Assembly (NCBI RefSeq): GCF_000143415.4
Contig: NW_003314268.1
Coordinates: 1,844,672-1,908,671, forward strand
Direction: 5' to 3'
Length of the DNA stretch: 64,000 nt
Source of the DNA: Selaginella moellendorffii
Lineage: Eukaryota; Plantae; Lycopodiophyta
Positions 58,767 through 64,000 of the stretch are shown here, one piece after another. The position numbers were made by a program, and so were the translations under genes. Below the pieces are notes generated by a model. The model did not search any database. It was not told the origin of the DNA and was given only the letters and a program-made list of their open reading frames with translations. Position 1 is the stretch's first letter. The number at the start of each line of letters is the position of its first letter.

Positions 58767-61413
58767 CTGTTCAGAAATGCACAACAATTAGAGCTGACAG
58801 ATGAAAAGCTAGCAGCTGGAAATAACGTGAGGCCACACGCCATTCACCACTGCATCAGATGTCTTGAGGCTGCATCCTAAGATGGCGTGAGGCTACACGC
58901 CATCTGTAACCGGACTGCACTCGAGAGCCCAATCGGTGCATGCCAATGTTGCTACTGAATGGCATGTGGCCTCATGCCATTTTCTACTTGGCCTAAAAGA
59001 CTTATCATTTGAAGCCGAATGGAGGCATGACAATCGAGGCCGGACTCGCTGGCAAATGTGCACTGTGTGTGTAGCGGATCGTAGCAGCAAGGCTACTCTG
59101 CCACTTACAGTTGGAGAGTGGCGCTGAAATCTCCCAGGACACCAAGTGTGGGTGGCAGAGTGGGCGGCGGAGTTGGCGGCGCAATTACAAACTGGGTGTA
59201 TCTTGAAGTGGACGCCGATGCACACGAGCGCGATGCAAGCGCGAGTGTGATGCAAGCACGAGTGGACGCTGATGCACACGAGAAACCTGTAGAGAAGGTA
59301 GATGAGCGCGAATGTGAGCGTGATCGCGAGTGGGAGCGCGATGCGAGCACGAGTGTGCGAGCGCGAGTACGAAGCAAAATGCAAAACCTAACCTCACACG
59401 CGCGAAATGTCACGACGGTTGGTAATCCCGCCATGTCATCATTCCTCGGACTTGGGCGCCACCATTAATTTCTGGATCGCCGCGCGCATGCATGCACGTG
59501 AAATCCAAAAGAAATCCGCAACGTCATCATTCCTCGGACTGCATGCACGTGAAATCCAAAAGAAAGATCATGATTGGGATATCATTTAATACCCTCGCTA
59601 TATTTATACCATGCATGATTGGATATTCCAAAGCATCTTGTATTTCCAAAAATGCAAGATGTTCAGCTAAATAAAGAATGGTATACAATGTCCTTCTTGA
59701 TGACCCTGCAAAGAAGCATCTCAATCAGACACCACATGAGACCACACGAGCCTTATAATGTTTCAGGGGCATTTGCCATAGATCCGACCGTTATTTTGCT
59801 CCAAGATTATTTTGCTTCAAGGTGAACAATCTGAATCTGAATCAGAGGAGGCGTGATGGCATGTGGCCTTACGCCATTCCTAGGTGAGATGATACAAATA
59901 ACAAGTATAAATTCTTAGTTGTTCTAGCAAATCTTACTTAAAGTTCAAGGTGAACAAGCCGAATATGAATTCATCGGATTGTTATAACAAATTGCGAGGT
60001 GATGGCATGAGGCGATACACCATTTGAGAGTGGTAGCCATTCCTATATGAGGTGAGTGAAATATTTATTAGAAATACCTCATTCAATTGTGCACTTCTAA
60101 GTCTTGGTCCACTCAGTACTGTTTGCATGTTTCTATTTTAATTCTTTCTCTAAAATGTTATTTAGCATGTGGCTTCATGCCATTGCTCTCCACAATCATG
60201 CATTGAATTTTTCTATCCTTGCATAATACTTCTCCATATATATAGCATGTGCGCACATGTGATATGGTTCATTAGGCCTGATATAGTGTATGAGGTAAAA
60301 CAAAGATGATGTGACATATGCATTTACCAATCACACATGCATAAATCTAATAATATGGCGTGTGGCCCATATTAATGGCACATAAACCCATATTGTGGGC
60401 TTACGTGCTTTATGTACCATCATTCCCTTGCAGCGTGTGTGTTGGTTTCCTTTTATAACACAACGAACTCCATATTTTAGGGTGAAGAGCGTTCTCATGG
60501 CAAGCACAAAATCTGTAAGTGAGGCAGAAAAGGAGACGGAGAAGGAGATAGGTGAAGATGTAGAATATATAAGTCTTCCAAACTCCCCGTACTATACTCC
60601 AGGTGATCATTTTTCTGAACAAATGGCAACATTAACAACTATCGAGAACGCCCCAGTAACGTCAGAGACAACAATCCAAAGCAAAACAACTGACCCGGAG
60701 AAGGATGATAGTACCACTGAGAGTACCAAAAAGGAGGTGTCCACTAGCGCTTAGGCTTATAATGGCGTGTGCCCTCATGCCATTTACTTGATCACCAAAT
60801 ACCTTTTTCCCTTTGCACTAGTATATCTTAATACCGGTCTGAGAAATAGAATGGCATGTGCCCTCAGGCCTTTTACTAAATCACCTTTGAAAGAAATGCA
60901 AGCCTCTATGTCGTAAAAAAAAGGTACTAGAGAAATTCCTTAATAATATGAATATTATTTAGTTTCATGAAAATGCACTAAGGGTCAAATGAGTTAAATG
61001 ACTTCTCCAGACTAGCAATGCCTCTTGCTACACCTTCACAATTAGATTCGTTAGAAAAAGATAACATTGAATAATATCTAAATGTTCTCACCATTAAGTT
61101 ATATGTCTGGCTAATAGGAATGACGTTCATCTTGGAAAGCTCACCACACGCTCAATGAACAAACAAATAGTGTGTGCGCGCATGCCATCACTCTTCTTTA
61201 GCTTCAGATTCGGCTTGTTCACCTTGACAATGAGATTTATTATACAACTAGATGGACTCAGTCTGGACACAAAGTCACCGCGCTAGTCACCATGCCCCAG
61301 ATATGTCTAGCCCCTGGACAAAAAATATATAATTTCAAGTCATTTTCAAATACTTGAAAATTTGTACCTAGTCCCATTTTACTGAATAAATCCCACTTTA
61401 ACGAAATAGAGCT
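56550..61413 (-). mobile_element. Large DNA transposon, copy C (inverted, transposase deleted at ~59808-59816)
   Basis: 59817-61413 is the reverse complement of 49089-50686. 58598-59807 is the reverse complement of ~55316-56545. 56550-57409 matches 46861-47720. Confidence 0.9.
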
Positions 61414-62833
61414 TAAAAGGCTTCGACTTGAAAGGTCGAGAGCGAGAGTGAAACTCCCAATGGAGTGCTCAAGGAACGAGCATGAAGTGAGCAATAAGAG
61501 AGTCTCTAGAAAAGGGACACAAGAGGACCAACACATGACATTTGGTGGAGTCCGAGATGGACCTAAGATGGAGTCCGAGATGGACCCAAGATGGAGTCCG
61601 AGATGGACCCAAGATGGAGTTCGAGATGGACCCGAAATGGAGTCTGAGATAGACCCGAGATGGAGTCCGAGATGGAGTCCGAAAAGGACCCAAGATGGAG
61701 GTTGAGACCAAGACCGAGACCGAGACTAAGACTGGGACCAGGACCGAGACCAAGGCCGAGGCCGAAACCAAGTCCAAGGGTGAAAGCCCAAAGTGTTCGT
61801 CTCCCAAACCCTAGGGGGTTTGGTGAGCTCCAAAAGTATAGTAGGACTTCAGTGGAGCCAATTTGGCCAGAAAAGGCTAGTTTGGCCCAGAAAGGTCGTA
61901 CCCAGGTGTTGGGTGATGGGATAACCACTGGGAAGTCCAAAGCTAGAGTGAACATGGACTGACAAACGGGGTAGCTTGGTGAAGTGTTCAAAAGCTGGCT
62001 CTAGTTCCCCTGGGAGATCGAATGGTTGATGATCCCAATCCAAGTGTGGGTGGCACTACCTACTTGGATACCTTGTATGGCTCAATGGAACCTCACTTTA
62101 AGCCCATGGCTAGAGCACCAAAAGGTGGAAAGTGGGGAGAGTACCTATGAGGCTCGCGTAGGGCCACAGTGTTCCAAAATATTGTCCTAATGTCCCAAAC
62201 TGTGGAAAGGAAGAGGAGTAGTCCTCTAAGGTAGTGACTAAAGATACGGTCACATGGTGAGGAAGTCCAAGAGGACAATAGGACTTAGTGGTTCGGCCTG
62301 TGGGCCTTGATCTAGTGGCAGTGGTGGTGAAACACGACCATGGATAGGACAGGACTTGGTGGGGACTGAAAGAAGGATATTGGGGAAAGCTGTTCCCCTT
62401 GTCTATGGGCATTCTAAGGATGCTAAGGAGTGGATCTGGGATGACCACTCATGGATGGATGGCCCAGTCTCAAAGGGACAGGACTATGATGCAGATGGTA
62501 TTGGACCACCAGTGCGGCCAAGGTGATTGGGCAGGGCCTTAGCATAATAGGCTGCTATGTTGGTGGTACCGTTGAGTGTCGGTCATGGGATTGGACATGT
62601 GGAGCACTTGGACCAAGTGCAAAAGTTGAGTGGTAGAGATGCCATTCTCGGGGCTAGCCAGCCCCAAGTCCGGAATAGGACTTATGGAGGTTGCGAGTGA
62701 GACTCCTCCAAGTGGTTGGAGGTGTGGTTAAGTGACTAAAGTAGAATGTAAAATTTAATCGCTTACACAAGGCCCAAGTGGTTGGAGGTGTGGTTAAGTG
62801 ACTAAAGCAAAATGGAAAAATTAATCGCTTACA
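61414..62833. repeat. Family L2 LTR lacking its first ~95 bp, ending at 62767, with a tandem duplicate of its last ~60 bp (62774-62833)
   Basis: Colinear with ~31190-32703. Two ...AATCGCTTACA ends. Confidence 0.88.
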
Positions 62834-62913
62834 AATGCCTCTATATTTGTAAAGCATGAATAATGGAAAGTAACTCTTGCTTCGTGGAATATTATTACTC
62901 TATAGAATTTAAT

Positions 62914-63340
62914 TGTGAGACACAAAATCCCTAGGCTCCAAAGGGGAGCCAAAAGGGTGCCACATGGTAGTGGTGGAGGCAAAAGCTAAATGAGCGTAAC
63001 ACATTTGGACTAAAAGCTCCAACTTGAAAAGTCGAGAGTGGGAGTGAAACTCCCAATGAAGGACTCGAGGAACGAGCATGAAATAATCAATAAGTGAGTC
63101 TCCAAAAAAGGGACACAAAAGGACCAATATATGACACATGAAAGTGTCCAAGATGGAATCTAAGATGGACCCGAAATGGAGTCTGAGATGGACCCGAGAT
63201 GGAGTCCGAAATGGAGTCCGAGATAGACCTGATATGGAGTCTGAGATAGACCCGAGATGGAGTCCAAGATGGACCTGAAACCAAGACCAAGACTGAGTCC
63301 GAGTCCGAAACCGGGACCAAGACCAAGTCCGAGTCTTGGA
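62914..63340. repeat. Truncated family L2 LTR
   Basis: TGTGAGACAC start plus a short minisatellite. Confidence 0.85.
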
Positions 63341-63437
63341 CTTCATCACTCATTTGCCATGGACACAGAGGCAAAAGAAGCAAGTATGAGTCATAGTGGA
63401 TTCGTTGACGAAGTATGTGCAGTTATTAGCTCTTCGT

Positions 63438-64000
63438 AAGACTGTCACTACCTAAGACTTAGCTGCGGTCTACTTGGAGAAGGTTTTTCCTGATTTGGGT
63501 TTGCCAGAGGACATCATTAGTGATTGAGATTCAAAGTTCACAAGTGGATTTTGGAAGAGCTTTGCAAAAGCTATACAAGTGACTTTGAAACTCTCGAGTG
63601 GAGATCATCCTCAGACAGATGGGCAAACCGAGCGTGTGAATCAGGTGGTGGAGGATATGCTATGTTGTAGTGTTGGTCAAAGGTAAGAATAGTGGGATTT
63701 ATATCTTCCGTTGGTAAAATTTACTTACAACAATAGCCAACACAGTAGAATCAAGCTAAGTCCTTACTTTGCCATGTTTGGAAGGCATCCCTAAACAATG
63801 GTGGAGTTGAGATTGCATTTGAGTAAGGACTTTCAAGATAAGCTTGATTCAGAGGCAATTGATCTGGCCACAAAACTTGATGAGATTCTGGTAGTGTGCA
63901 AATAGAATTTGCAAGCAACTCAGGATAGAGCAAAAAGATTTGCTAATGAGCATTGCTAATTCTAGGAATATAAGGTGGGTGATCTTGTCTTCGTGTGAAT
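63438..64000 (+). pseudogene. G1 Gypsy integrase fragment
   Basis: Matches ~11925-12480 (HPQTDGQTERVNQ) with stops. Confidence 0.9.

Noticed and set aside
49089-61413. Single intact transposon with 1.6-kb TIRs
   Set aside because: The inverted identity extends to internal sequence, the flanks are non-contiguous parts of different LTRs, and there is no TSD. It is better explained as two fused copies.

Overview
Repeat-rich eukaryotic DNA, most likely a land plant (tRNA-iMet-primed Ty3/Gypsy elements, TTTAGGG repeat, very short introns as in a lycophyte or bryophyte). No intact host gene is visible. 1-15.5 kb is a nest of Gypsy LTR retrotransposons, including one two-LTR copy with a TSD, a 394-bp TRIM inside it, and solo LTRs carrying a GAGATGGAGTCC minisatellite. 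15.5-26.9 kb is an ~11.4-kb non-autonomous Helitron with captured gene fragments and several relic 3' ends. 27-34.7 kb holds more LTR debris. The most interesting part is 34.8-61.4 kb: three rearranged copies (A, B, C) of a large (>=13 kb) DNA element. It encodes a ~1020-aa Sola-like/DUF7869-type DDD transposase and, divergently, a reconstructable ~1800-aa multi-exon protein (ParB/Srx-like domain, degenerate amino-DNA-methyltransferase-like domain, long disordered linker, FCP1/NIF-type HAD phosphatase). The element is studded with roughly 30 copies of a 22-bp palindrome (ATGGCRTG-WGGCCW-CAYGCCAT), many sitting one per short intron. This suggests a ParB/parS-like self-recognition or anti-silencing system in a plant transposon (inference). 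All domain calls come from motif recognition by eye; no searches were run.
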